A stretch of 64,000 nucleotides of DNA from Sphaerodactylus townsendi (Eukaryota), in NCBI RefSeq assembly GCF_021028975.2, contig NC_059427.1:134106001-134170000 (forward strand). The letters are read 5' to 3'. Below the pieces are notes generated by a model. That model searched no databases and had not been told where the DNA came from. It worked only from the letters and a program-made list of their open reading frames with translations. This document shows, piece by piece, positions 13,183 to 25,491 of this stretch (positions are counted from its first letter, which is position 1; each line of letters starts with the position of its first letter). The translations under genes and the position numbers were made by a program.

Positions 13183-14002
13183 GTTGTTGTGGGATTTCTG
13201 GGTCTGGTAAATCTTGTTCCTAATGTTTCGCCTGCATCTGTGGCTGGCATCATCAGAGCTGTATCACAGAGAGAAGTGTGTTACACACTGTGTCCAGTAA
13301 GAAGGGAATGTTTAACAAAACTTTACTACCAGTGCTTAAAAACTCCAGAATCAAAGGACAAGGGCATGCTAGGTTCATGGACAATGAACTCCACCCAGAC
13401 ACAAGATCTGCATTCACTAATACTGTTGCTACTGCAGGGAATGCAAATGTAAATGGACTGAAATCCCCACCTCCTGTACAATGAAGTCAACCACACCTTT
13501 GCATAATAAATTCCACCCAAACACTTACTAATTGATTTCCTACCCTGGGACATGGACAATATGTACGCCACTAAACATTCTCTTCTGTCAGGTGGGAGCC
13601 TGTCTGCAACTGGGAGGGGGAGCGAGGAGTCTGGATGGAAAATTACTTTCTTTTCTGCCTACCTGAAACAAGTAGGGATGGCCAGGCCAGATGGCTGCTT
13701 ATCTCATCCTTTGGCCTTGGAGAACTGTCTCACTATTTCACAGCTTTGCTTTGTAGTTGGGTAGCGTGGGAAGATGGAAGGGGGGATGAGCACTGTGGAA
13801 TTGATATATCGGGGTTTGGGGAAAGACAGTTTAGAATTGGCTTTTCAATTGCGTTCCACTGATGCTTTCCAATAAAGTATTTTGAACCGACGGTTTCAGA
13901 GTCTTGTTTGGTCTCAGATCCAGGACTTGAAACCTTCTCACTGGACACAGTGTGTAACACACTTCTTTCTGTGATACACCTCTGAAGATGCCGCCACAGA
14001 TA
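13183..14002. mobile_element. PLE fragment with inverted termini inside the CR1
   Basis: Minus-strand terminus 13183-13310 (hammerhead motif 13219-13259), then a plus-strand NKTLLPVLKN end of the ORF, 3' region and truncated terminus 13933-14002. Confidence 0.8.
13586..13932 (+). mobile_element. Probable solo LTR nested in the PLE
   Basis: Starts TGTCAGG and ends CTTGAAA (near-inverted ends); AATAAA at 13871; flanked by TCTTC / CCTTC; removing it restores the PLE taaacattc.cttctcactggacac. Confidence 0.6.
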
Positions 14003-14660
14003 TCTTCTGTTTCATTTCCCCTTGGATGAGTACCATTTCCTTTTTGGGAAAAGACGGAGGCAAAGAAGGTGTTGAGTAGTTCTGCCTTTTCTCCATCCAC
14101 TGTTAGCTTTTTGCCATCTTCTTTATGCAGTGACTCTAGCCTAACTTTTTTCTTCCTTTTGCTACGGACTTAACCAAAAAAGCCTTTTTTGTTATTGTTT
14201 TTAACCTCTCTGGCAAGCCATAGCTCATTGTGAGCTTTAGTTTTTCTGACTTTCTCCCTACACAACCTGGTTATTTGTTTGAATTCCTCTTTGGCGATTT
14301 CCCCCTTTTCCATAGTCCTTTTAAAATCTTAGCTCAGTTGAAAGTTCTTTAGACAGCCATCCTGATTTCCTTAGACACCTCCCATTTTTCCTCCTCATCA
14401 GAACTGTTTGAAATTGTGCTCTTCAGATCTCTTTTAAGAAATTCCCAGCCATCATGCACTCCCTTCTTTTTCAGTATTTTTGACCACGGGATCACACCCA
14501 GTAGATTCCTAAGCTTACTGAAATCTGCTTTCTTAAAATCTAGAATGCGTGTATGACTATGCTTAGCATCCCCTTTCCACTGTATAACAAACTCCAGGAG
14601 AACATGATCACTCCCACTTAAGGATCCTACCATTTTCACTCCACTAATCAGATCATCATG
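14003..14660 (-). mobile_element. CR1 LINE upstream ORF2 portion (endonuclease end to pre-RT linker)
   Basis: Minus ORFs GSLSGSDHVLLEFVI...LDFKKADFSKLR and EKAELLNTFFASVFS. Confidence 0.9.
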
Positions 14661-15245
14661 GCACCCAAAAATATAAACCCATTGAAGAATGGGTTTAATA
14701 ATATCTTAATAACAGAACAAGGAAAGAAAGGGGAAAGAAATAGGGTAAGGGAGACAGGGGAAGGGACAAGGGACAAGGGAGGCCAGCTAAGACAGACAAT
14801 TACTGTTGTAGCTGTCAACTATAGGCCTGGTGGAACAACCCCATTTTGCAGACCCTGTGAAACTGCAATAGAACCTGTGGCAAGAGGGTGCATATAGATG
14901 TTAAACAGTACTACTACTAGTAAGCAGAATAAATCAGTTTTTAAAAATCTGAGCATATTTTAAACACAGGATGTGACAAACTGAGAAACTGTATTATTCT
15001 GTACAAATTATGTGCTGTGTTCTAGAATACAGCTTGAGGTCCAGCTCTTTAAATCCAGCCCAGAAACCTTTTATAGCTAGTACATGAGAGGTATGTAGAA
15101 GGAAATGTACAGTCTGACCATAAAAAAGTGGTAGCAGTGCAACAGAAACAGATGTCATCTTAAACAAAATGCAAGGTTTCAAACGGTGATTAAACCAAAT
15201 TTAGAAACCAGAATAATTATAAATAAGCTGTACTGTGTTTGAAAC

Positions 15246-16313
15246 ATCTTGGTGTTCATATGCTGCTGTGCTCTGGGATTTCTTCAGTGAATAGATGGGA
15301 GGCACTGCCATATTTGACAATCTCCTTTTGGGAAAGGAGGAAAGTGGGAACTAATACTAGCATTATTTTGGAGGATAGCTGCATTGTAGATTTAGGAGTC
15401 AGAACTGCGGGAAATACATACAAACATTATACATCCCTTTTCCCAACAAGAAATTACTCTGTCGGGAGCTATATTTTGAAATGTCACTGGGGGAGTTATT
15501 TTCTCTCAGTGCCATTTCAGATCAGGAAAAGACAAAGAGGAGAAGGCAGGAGCCCCTCCCTGCCATGTTGTAGTTCCCAACTCAGCCAGGCTTTCTTTGA
15601 CAAAGTCCATGCAGCTGATGTGGGGCTGTGAACAGAGAGGGAATCAAGTCCAGGGAACCCAGACTCAACTCTTTAAAGAACGTAATGTGAAGTTTGGCTC
15701 CGATTAATCAGGGTCATTTGTTCTGAATGCTCATTTTCTTTGCCAAGTAAATACCAGAGATAAATGTTACTAATAGATATATTAAGCCAAAAGTCACATC
15801 TGCACCCATTTAAAGCTGCAGCCTATCTTTCTTTTAATAATGTCTGACAAACTTAAAAATGTACACAAGCAGTATGCATTGTGTAACACCTGGTTGATCA
15901 GGGTTTTACTCAGTAGACTGTACTACAAGACCTACAACACATTACACTGCAGTTGAACGCAGAAAAGCTGTACATGCTGCTCGTCACTGAAAAGTGCTTT
16001 TGTGTGTATGTGGTTGCATCAACACGGTGTAGCACTTAGGGTGTCAGGCTAGGATCTAGTTCAAATCCCTACTTGCACTCTCAGCTTTACTTACTTGACA
16101 GTTGTGAGGATCATATGTTGTGAGGATCAAATGAAGGATGGAAGGTCCATGTGCACTACCTCTGAGGACTAAAAAAAAGTCTTAAACGAAACTCTACTGG
16201 TTTTTTAAAATGAAACTCCTCCCTGCAACTGCTTCAACCCTTGCAAAGGTACTGGCTTGCATCTAGAACAGGGAACCCCAACCTTATTCAGCCTGTTGGC
16301 ACCTTTGGAATTC
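15246..16313 (-). repeat. Right arm of the inverted duplication
   Basis: Reverse complement of the left arm; carries one uninterrupted copy of the LINE target (gtcaagtaagtaaagctgagagtg on the minus strand, about 16076-16099). Confidence 0.85.
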
Positions 16314-16666
16314 TACCTTAGAGGAAACCTCAGCCAATGTCTTTGTCGTAAAAAGCACTGAACAATTAAAAATCAGTCCCTCTCCTATTTCCTCTGTTAT
16401 GTGTAAAAAAATCTGACAACTAGCTGGAAGAGGCAGAATTTTATCCTGCCGGTAGAAAATCGGATAGTTGGCAGTGCTAAGAATATATTTGAGTACTTAT
16501 GTGAAATGAACACAGCAGTCCTTACTGAACTGTCTGAAACTTGTATTGCCCCCATACGGGCCCAATAATGGATAAAATCCCCTGTGGATGCAAAAATGCA
16601 CCTCAGATGGCTATTGGAGGCAGGATTGTAGCTCAGAGAAATCATAGCCATAGCCATAGCCATCTC

Positions 16667-16728
16667 TAGCTCTACCATGGCTGCCTAGGGAGGACATAGC
16701 TCTACCATGGCTGCCTAGGGAGGACATA
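16667..16728. repeat. Perfect 30-bp tandem duplication preceded by (CATAGC)n
   Basis: TAGCTCTACCATGGCTGCCTAGGGAGGACA at 16667-16696 and 16697-16726. Confidence 0.95.
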
Positions 16729-17730
16729 AGCAACCCTATCTATCCCCTGAATTGCAGTAAAAAATACAAGACTAGCAAAAGACCATAATCAGGCAGCAGG
16801 CAAACATGGAGGCATAATCTACTTCTTGGTCTTGCCCTTTGTTAGTGAGTGGGGGGTACCTGTGGGGGTGAGGATAGTTACAGAGATTTGGCAGAAGTTA
16901 GGGAGGTGATTTGATTAATCCGTAGGTTAGGGTGGGAGATCTAAGAGGTAGAGGAGGTTGGTATGGAAAGAAGGGGAGATGTAGGAGCAGGAAAAGGGCT
17001 TGAGCACTCCCTTTGCTAAACCTCACACTATCCTGCCTATGAGTTTTCACGAGACTTCAAAATATTTTGTGGCTTCAAATAGATCATCAAGCATAAAGCA
17101 CTGGAAAATGTCCATAAAAACATTAATAAAGCCAGAACTGATTTTGCACGGTCTCTCATTTAAGTAGTTACTATAGGACAGTTTCTTTGTAGGATCTGAA
17201 AGTCAGATTATCACTTCTTTGGTTTATAGCAAGTGGAAATGGTTTTGCATTAGAATATGAAGCTTTGTTCCCGCTTCCTCAGTTTAGTAGCCATATCAAA
17301 AATGTGATTTGATTCACATCATATAGCTAAAGCAAAACTGCAAAGAGAGAATATTAATAGTTGTATGGTACAACAGATTTAGTATCTGTCATTCTTTTTC
17401 AACCTCTTGAAGTCATTTGACATTTAACTAATTGCTCTGTTAATAAAACTGGAATTTTGAATACATTCTAATCTTTTTGACAGTTTAAATTGCATATTTG
17501 ATTCTGTTCTGCTATTTTTGTCATTAGATATTTAATTCTGCTATCTGTGCATTATTCAGTGGAAGCCCAAGAGAAAATAAAGTAATGAAATGTGCCATAG
17601 CCTACAATGCCAACTGTTAGAACATGGGATGATTTTGCTCAAAGAGAAAAAAATTCTACACACAGTGTTTTGAGTACATAGTGTTTTAACACTGCTTGAC
17701 ACCGTGCAATCCTAAATTACGTCCATCTAA

Positions 17731-18178
17731 CAGCCCAATCCAGGGGAGTGGGGTGGGGGGTGAAGGGAGTCGTGGAGATGGCGGGGCCCTATGTCGGTGA
17801 ATTTGCCCTCCCTGGGGCACTAACCCTGGCAGAGGTCAAATCTGCTGGCAGACCACTGCCAAAGTCAACCACAATGGTCAGACATGACATAGAGGACTGA
17901 CTGCATGAGCACTCCTGCACTCTCACTGGCTGTGCCAGCATAGCAAGAGCATTCCAGAAGCGTGGCTGGGAGTGGAGCCAACATTAGTTGACTCACGGAG
18001 CTTCTATTTATGCCATTCTTTTGGGTGGCATAAGCCCATTGAGCCCAATGGAGGGCTTTTCGGCAGCAGGGAGGGGTTTGTTTTGTATCTCTTTGTGCCA
18101 CCTAAAAGCCCTTGGGAGGCAGCAGGATAGCGCCGCAACGGCACTACCCAGGGCTGTCCCAGGGCTCTGGACTGGGCT
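17731..18178. mobile_element. Degenerate non-autonomous DNA transposon (PIF/Harbinger-like ends)
   Basis: Ends AGCCCAATCCAG / CTGGACTGGGCT; a related copy lies at about 18820-19240. Confidence 0.55.
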
Positions 18179-18819
18179 TTCCGACCACTAAAGTCTACTC
18201 TGGATCACCCTGTTAGGCTCTGTAGTTTATAAGATAGTGAGAGGATATTTTTAAAGATTTCTTAGCATGCATAGTAGACTGAAACATTCCTAGAGTATGT
18301 TTTTCCTTGTGACCAGCCAAAGTTACCCAATTTTTGTATAAGACAGTGTGCTGTGGATCTATTTAAATGAAACTCTTTGATGTGAAATTCTTTGTTATAC
18401 ATCAGAGAACTGTTGCTTTTTCCCTGGAGCAAATCTTCTTTTTTTAGTCCCCTCCTTGTCTTTTAAAGTTTGCTTATGCTTTTACTTGACTAATTAGAGA
18501 ATATCAGCTTCCATGTGACAATTGACTTACTATTGTGATTTTTAAATATAAATGGATTTTGTGTCATTTCTAAACTAACTTGTTTTTCTAACAATGCACA
18601 CTAGAAAATATATGAAGAGAGTTATTTACATAAAGCCTCCATAGAAAGAAAAAGCTGAGGTGAATTTGTAAGCATTGTTTTCATGATTTCCAGAAATTTA
18701 ATTGAGTGTTAAATTCCTCTTTTTTGCTTTTAGATATTAAGTAGTGTGTGCTATGTTTTGCTTTCGAAAAATCAACTCTTTTAGGATGCAAAAATAACCA
18801 GTATCAGAGGCAAGCAAAC

Positions 18820-19240
18820 AGCCCAATCCGGGGGTGGGGGGCAACTCACTTCTGGAGCCTGTGCAACCTTGCACTGACGCACATACCCACCCTGCCAGCA
18901 CAAGTGGCAGATGCACTGGCAGAGGGAGCAGATACATAGATGCCTGGGAGCTGTTCACTGGCCCCAGAAGCATGTCCCAACCCCAAAGGCTGGGCTGGCA
19001 TGGAAGAGGGCGTTCCCAGGGCCAAGCTGACCTTAGTTGACTTCCACCAGAAAATTGGGACCAGGAGCACAGTGCCCTGGTCCTCAGACTTACACTACCC
19101 TTTTTGTCCATTGTACCCAATGGAGTGCTTTCTGGCGGTGGATTTTTGTTTTCTTCCTTGTTCCCCCAGAAAGCCCTCTGGAGGCAGCAGGATGGCATTG
19201 CAGCACACTGTCCCTGGCAGCCTAGGGCTTTGGATAGGGA
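18820..19240. mobile_element. Second degenerate copy of the AGCCCAATCC-ended element family
   Basis: Same 5' end, and shared 3' block aaagccct..ggaggcagcagga...ctgtccc. Confidence 0.5.
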
Positions 19241-19519
19241 TGTAATTGTACAATTTATGGAGTAATATAAGCAGAAAACCCAAAAACAAAACACATGCAG
19301 TCAGAACTTTGATACTGTTGACCAACACCTCCTCCCTTCAACATCCTGGTACTTACATACCATAAGTCTGTAAACCAAGGTGTCTTGCCATTTATGGACT
19401 CTGCTTCAAATCTGTCATTGTGTGGAATCCGAAATTATCTTATTCAATGTAAATTACAACTTCATAACCACATTAATTATTCTAGCTCAACAAGTAATAG
19501 CTTATGTATGGTCATTCAG

Positions 19520-19725
19520 CAGTATGGATAACCCAGTCTAGCCTAAGCTTATTGGAATTTAGAAGCCAAGCAGTGGTGGAAGCTAAGCAGTTGGTACTTC
19601 TTTGAGAGACCTTCAAGGAAGACCAGTGTTGCTGTGCAGAGGAAGGCAATGGGAAACCACTGCTCATCTTTTGCCTTGAAAGCCCCATGAGGGGTCACCA
19701 TGAATCAGTTGCAACTTTATGGTAG
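19520..19725 (+). mobile_element. 5S rRNA-derived SINE (SINE3-like)
   Basis: Degenerate 5S boxes (gaagctaagcag...gtactt...gagacc) followed by a gaggaaggcaatgggaaaccac 3' part. Confidence 0.55.
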
Positions 19726-19744
19726 TTTATTACTATTATTATTA

Positions 19745-20425
19745 TATTTTTGTTTAATACCACAACTGCCAGTTCTTTTGCTGGTTGTTGGCCTTTCATT
19801 ACAATTGGTGCCTCACCTAGAGACCTAGGACATTGTAATGTATCGGTGTAGTATTCGTGCGGATCCGAGCAGGGCTGCCCTCTGAATCTTACAGATACTG
19901 ATTTTGTTGATTTGAAGATGTTTCAGGTGCCCCCCTAGTGTTTTCAGAATGTCGACCAGGTGCTGATTACCATTGAGATGACCTCAGCTGGTTTGTGCCA
20001 TGGTCACTGACTCTCAATTTTGAAATTGTGGTATTTAGTGACCTCCTTGTGTTCTTTTTCAATGCCCTGCTGTCACCAGGTATTGCAGGATTGCTATATC
20101 AATGATGGTCACTTGTCCTCGATCACTGTAATGTCTGGTGCGTTATGTGCCAACACTTTGTCCATTTGGATTTGAAAGTCCCACAAGGTGACCTTCTCAT
20201 TTTCCATTCTTTTCTCTGGACAATGTTTCCACCAGTTTTTAGCCATCCTGATGTTGTAATTCTTGCATAAATGCCATGGATCATCTTGGCCACTGAGTTG
20301 TGCCTCTGTTTGTACTCAGTCTGCACTATTTTTTTTTTGTAGCAGCAGCTGAGTACATGATCTATAGTTTCATCGGCTTCTTTGCACAATCTTCACTTTG
20401 CATCATCCGAGGATTTTTTTCGATT
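19745..20425 (-). mobile_element. Restriction-like-endonuclease non-LTR retrotransposon (R4/Dong-like) 3' portion, cut by the gap
   Basis: Minus strand encodes CKEADETIDHVLSCC...YKQRHNSVAKMIH (CCHC knuckle) plus PD...IDIA-like residues; the 3' end abuts a (TAA)n-like run. Confidence 0.72.
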
Positions 20426-20627
20426 NNNNNNNNNNNNNNNNNNNNNNNNNNNNNNNNNNNNNNNNNNNNNNNNNNNNNNNNNNNNNNNNNNNNNNNNNNN
20501 NNNNNNNNNNNNNNNNNNNNNNNNNNNNNNNNNNNNNNNNNNNNNNNNNNNNNNNNNNNNNNNNNNNNNNNNNNNNNNNNNNNNNNNNNNNNNNNNNNNN
20601 NNNNNNNNNNNNNNNNNNNNNNNNNNN
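20426..20627. other. Assembly gap (202 N)
   Basis: Run of N. Confidence 1.
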
Positions 20628-22319
20628 TCTGTTGGCACCTGCCAGTTAGTAAATGATCATTATTTTCCTAATACTTGTATGGTCACTGGGCACTTTGAGG
20701 TAGTGGCAAAAAAACCACGACTCATTTACAAGAATGCCGTGTTGGTCTAGCTAGATCTGATTTTGTAAAATGGAGCTTGATATTGACAGCTAGTCTTGTT
20801 ATCACTAGTAAAATGCAGTCATTAGAAGCACTAGTCTGAGAGATTTGTGAACTCTGTGTAACAAGAAAAGTGAGTCTAATGGAGTGTTGGCCTCTTGGGT
20901 GTTTTGTCTCTGTTACATAGAACAGCTTTTATTAAAGTTAGTGCGAGAGCACTGTTCTTGCCCCCTCCTATTTTGTGCAACTGTCATCTCAGATTAAATA
21001 GGAGATACTGTTTTGTGAAACATTACAAAAGCCTGAAATTAATATACATGTCTAGTGCAGCAGTAGCTATGTCACTTGGTATTCAACTTTTCAATGAAGT
21101 ATTGCTCCTTTTCGACCTTGGGCATGCTAAATCACAACTCACTACCCAAGTCCATGCAAGGGGAAGGGCAGTTGACTGCAGAGAACTGTCCATAGATATT
21201 CTGTTTGCAAGGTAGCCTAGAGTATGTTTAGCTATTTAGTAAGCAAGTCCAGTCCTTCTCATTTCCTATTTCTGTGAACAAGATTGTTATCATAAAGGGA
21301 AAAATAGTTAACTGTATTTTAACCATTGACTCTGGTGTACAATTCCCATTGATATCCCACTGTGATATTGTAATATCTGCATATTCCTTCAAATTGGAAT
21401 CACAGCTAAGACTATTTTACCCAAACCTTTGCCACCAAACTTGCATTTTGATCATTAGGGAGGTTTTTAGGTCTTCCCCAAATCCCTGGAAATCTTGCAT
21501 TCCATACATTCCCCAATAGAAAGGCAACTCAGGGTGAACCAAGGACATGATTTTCAAAACAGTGATTTTGGCGCCTAAGCGTGGACCTTAGAACTATAAT
21601 GTTCCACAGAGACAGCTGCTCTTGTGAATGATGTTTGTGCCAAAACCAAATCCATTTGTCATTTTCGTTCTCCTCATGGCTGCTCATCAAGGTATTCAGG
21701 AATGAAAACTTTCACTGAGGCAGCAGCCAGCTGCAGAGCTCATTCATTCAGAGAAACCACAACCCAGTATTTATGATGTCAGAACTGATCACTGTACAAG
21801 CAATTGTTTGTAGTGCCACAAACACTGGCCCACAGCTCAGCTGAGTGAGTCAGGCAAGGGGAAATAAATGCTTCAAAAGTTCTCTTTACAAGACAAATAT
21901 CTTGTTAATCAGTGCTTCTGATCTGACTGCATCTGTTTAAAGAAGTTAAACAAGGTTTTAGCAGCATGGTCCGCTCTGGTTTTCTGAAGTGCCGCACCAC
22001 TGAGTTAAATTGTGTCTGTTAAAATAACACTGAAGAAAAAACAAGTGTCACAGCATTCATTAGTACAGTTTCAAGACCTTCAGAAATGGCACAATACAGT
22101 CTTTTTGATCTAATTTCAGCTTAACTTAGCATTCTATGTTTGACTGAATAAGGTGTATAAGGATATAATTAAAACAGATTTGCTGGCTCATAAACACTAC
22201 ATACTACGTAAACACACTACATAACTGCTTTTTATCACAGATAGGCAAAATGCCGCATATGCACCTCCTCACAATACCAACATCCTGCCTAAACATAATC
22301 CTGCATTTTAAGTTTTCAA

Positions 22320-22560
22320 TATGCCCTCCAGAGGGTGTTACACTCTGCAAATATTAACTTATTGGAGGTCTCTGGCCCAAAAAGCACCCAGCTGTCCTCA
22401 ACTAGGGCCAGGGTGTTTTCGGCCCTGACCACAGCTTGGTGGAATGCTTTGTCTAAAATGACTAGGGGACTTGTCACAATTTCACAAGACCTGCAAGAGT
22501 TATTCTGCCGGACCTGCAGTTGAGGACAGCTATGGCATTTCGTTGTCCACCCTATCTGAC
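22320..22560 (+). mobile_element. Old L2-type LINE 3' fragment
   Basis: Similar to 43700-43910 (LLEVSGP...STRARVFSAL...WWNAL). Confidence 0.6.
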
Positions 22561-24807
22561 CTCCCTTTCTCCTACTTTTTTACTATTCTAAACTGAAATG
22601 AGAAAGTACGGTACTGCCAGCTTCATCTGCCCGGGGAGTGGGGGCGCCAACAGCTGCCTGGTTCTCAGCCCCACCATCAAAAAGCCTGGACTGTCCAGGC
22701 TGTGATGGGGCTATATTGGTGTCCCAATCATGCCCCGTTGTGGGGGGGGGGGGGGAACAGGTCGGGGCATTGCTGGGGCAGAGTTGATATTAATCAGCTC
22801 CTGCCCAGGATTAAGGGCCTGGAGTGTGTCTCCCCAGCTCTCAGAGTGGTGTAAGTCCTCTGGAGGGCTTTCTGGTGATTGGGGGTGGGGGGTTGCATTT
22901 GTTGCTCCCTGCACTGCTGGAAAGCCCCCTTGGAGGTAACGGGGTGGCCTCACAGTGATGACACATCCCTCTGGTGAGTGCCTCCAACCCAGTGCCGTTT
23001 GCTCTATTTCAGAATATTTTATGCCTTATCATAGTTAGAAAACAGCGATTCCCTGCTGGTTGTGGGGGGAAAGCACAGCTCTGCATCATTGCAGAGGCAG
23101 CAGCTGTGCAAACAGCACCCGTAGAACGGTATTTTTACCGTTCCAGGGGTACAGTTTTTGGCTCATGCTGAGTAGGCCTCTGCCCAGACAAGACAGGCAT
23201 GACCTGGCAGAGCTTTAGGCTTGGTTGGCTCCTTCTTCCTCCCTCCCTATTTTGTGAGGGCAGGACAGCTTTTCCAGGGCTTCCCCTTCCCCATTCTACC
23301 CCTGATTAAGGTTGGATGGATGGTATCATGTCATGGAGCATTGCCAGCATTGCCAAATCTAAGAAGATATGGACCTGCATAGAGGAATAGTTGGGAGCAC
23401 CATGTAAAAGAAGGAAACACATATAATAATTTTATTGATATATTTCAGTTGGAAGAAGTGAATTAGTGTGACCAGAAACTGATTGCAGTTTGAGGTAGCA
23501 CATTTGAGTTTCCATTGAAATCTAGAAGGAGAAAATACATTTAAGAAAACAGAACCAATATCCCTGACTTCTTATAGCAAAGCTGCTTTTAGTAGCCACA
23601 GTTATAAAGCTACTGTTGCTGATGAATCAAAGCTTGTACCTCATTGATGGAAAGAAGATAATAATTCCATTGCTCCAAAGAAACAGCCTGTAAACAATCG
23701 TAGGTTAGGTGTGCATATATTTACCTAATAGATATTAAAGGGACTTGTAAAGTCATAATTCTGCCCTCGGTTAGATATAGATTTATTTTTATTTTATTCT
23801 TTATTTTATTCAGCTTTATGGCCCGCTCTTTCCTGACTGAGACCAGGCTCAGAGTGGGTAACAATATTCAGAAACATCACATAAGACAATAAATAATAAA
23901 ACCATCTATAAAACAATCATTTCAGGCTAAACAACAATCAATGGCCTATTGTACCTGCACAAAGTTCTCTGGAATGCCCTACCCACATGGATCAATTTAC
24001 TTATGTCTTTTGTATTTCGTTTTCATTTAATTTGGAGGAGTTAATTTTAACCTATAGCCACAAAACTGAGTACTTAAGTGATATCATAACATTACCCTTA
24101 AACTTGTAGTGAATTTGACTACTTTTCTTGCACTTCCCTCAAAACTCAGTGGGCATCACCCAAAGCTTCTCCTTCCCTTTTGGGAAGAAAAACATTCCAC
24201 ATGTAAACATTGCTCAGGGGATGAGCTGAGTATTACCTTCTCCTGTGAAAAAACAGGGAAACCCCTTGGCATCAGAGCAGTTGGGTTTTAGCCACTCCAG
24301 TCTGGTATCCAGAAATGTATTCTTAGAGACATGCCTTTGCTTTTTATACCCTGAAACACAAGCGTAATAAGAAATTTTGTCTGTAGTAAGTCGTTATTAA
24401 AAGAAAACAGTATTTAAAAATCCTGGGATCCTGGTAAGTTGAAAAAGAAAGAATAATGCCCTTTTTTTGTTGAATATAACAAACGCTGCCCTTTCAATTA
24501 CATGGGATATCAAAACAACAAAGCAGCCCTATTTTCAGAATGTTTTGTGCCTTATTTTGAGCCATGCAAGAAAAGCCAGCAAGGGAGAAAGCTGTGGATC
24601 AAAAGGGGCCCAAAAGGTTCCAGTGCACATTGGATTTCAACTTTTAATAGCAGCCAGCTTTCAATGAAAATGGTATAAGAAAATGACAAAAGGAACTTGC
24701 AGGCATCATCAGCTGGCACAGAAAATCATAAGAGTATCTGTCACATTGTTCCTTCACAACCTCCAGCGGAGCTTGTGGCTTTTTTTCTTACTGATGAAGT
24801 CATCCTG

Positions 24808-24809
<2 letters not shown>

Positions 24810-24853
<44 letters not shown>
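24810..24853. repeat. (CT)n microsatellite
   Basis: Perfect CT run. Confidence 0.97.
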
Positions 24854-24856
<3 letters not shown>

Positions 24857-25129
24857 ATCGACAGAGGCCTTTATGTTTTCCTAATAATTAGCTGCAGAGG
24901 TACAATCCCCCCCCCACTCTTTCAAGTGATGAATAGTTGGCCGTGGATCAAAGACCAGCCCTAGTGGTTTCTGGCGACCATAAAAGGGCGCTGGAATTGG
25001 CATGGATCCTAGCTGCTTAGTGATAGACATGTAGACTGGGTGCCAGGCAATAGGGGTCAGTGGCAAAGTGTCTGTATACATTCTTCCTCTGAGATAATCA
25101 GGCTTCCTTTGTGTGTGTGTGTATTTCAG

Positions 25130-25192
25130 GCCAACAGCAGGTTGAAGCAGATTGAAAAAGAATACAGTCAGAAGTTATCCAAATCTGCACAG
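25130..25192 (+). CDS. CEP112: Internal coding exon of centrosomal protein 112 (63 bp, phase 0-0), ANSRLKQIEKEYSQKLSKSAQ
   Basis: Acceptor gtatttcag|G and strong donor CAG|gtaaga. The peptide matches my recollection of the CEP112 C-terminal coiled coil (SKLKQIEKEYTQKLAKSSQ) and joins in frame to the next exon. Confidence 0.93.
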
Positions 25193-25304
25193 GTAAGAAA
25201 TATGAAGAGGGGAAAAACCTCCTTTAGAAAGCACTTTTGGTTACTTAAAAAACCCAACAACATATAAATAAGTATTTCTTGCTTTTGTTCTTATAGCTCT
25301 AGAG

Positions 25305-25491
25305 CAGTGGTTCTCAACCTGGGGGTCACAACCCCTTTGGGGGGTTGAATGACCCTTTCACAGGGGTCACCTAAGACCATCGGAAAATGGTCTTTTTATA
25401 TTTTATGTATACCAATTTTATGGTTGGGGGTCACCACAATATGAGGAACTGTATTAAAGGGTCGCAGCATTAGGAAGGTTGAGAACCACTG
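25305..25491. mobile_element. SPIN / URR1-type hAT MITE
   Basis: TIRs CAGTGGTTCTCAACCT / AGGTTGAGAACCACTG; TSD CTCTAGAG / CTCTACAG; both ends match the recalled URR1/SPIN consensus. Confidence 0.85.

Noticed and set aside
18737-19294. 185-aa minus-strand ORF
   Set aside because: Lies over a GC-rich degenerate DNA-transposon copy; no recognisable protein or splice support.
20300-20750. ORFs containing long X runs
   Set aside because: Artefacts of translating the N gap.
21500-22100. Enhancer suggested by an AP-1 site (TGAGTCA at 21846) in repeat-free sequence
   Set aside because: A single 7-mer is expected by chance several times in 64 kb.
1-25000. Additional upstream CEP112 exons
   Set aside because: I found no splice-flanked coiled-coil-like frame; the region appears to be one long intron, although the gap cannot be read.
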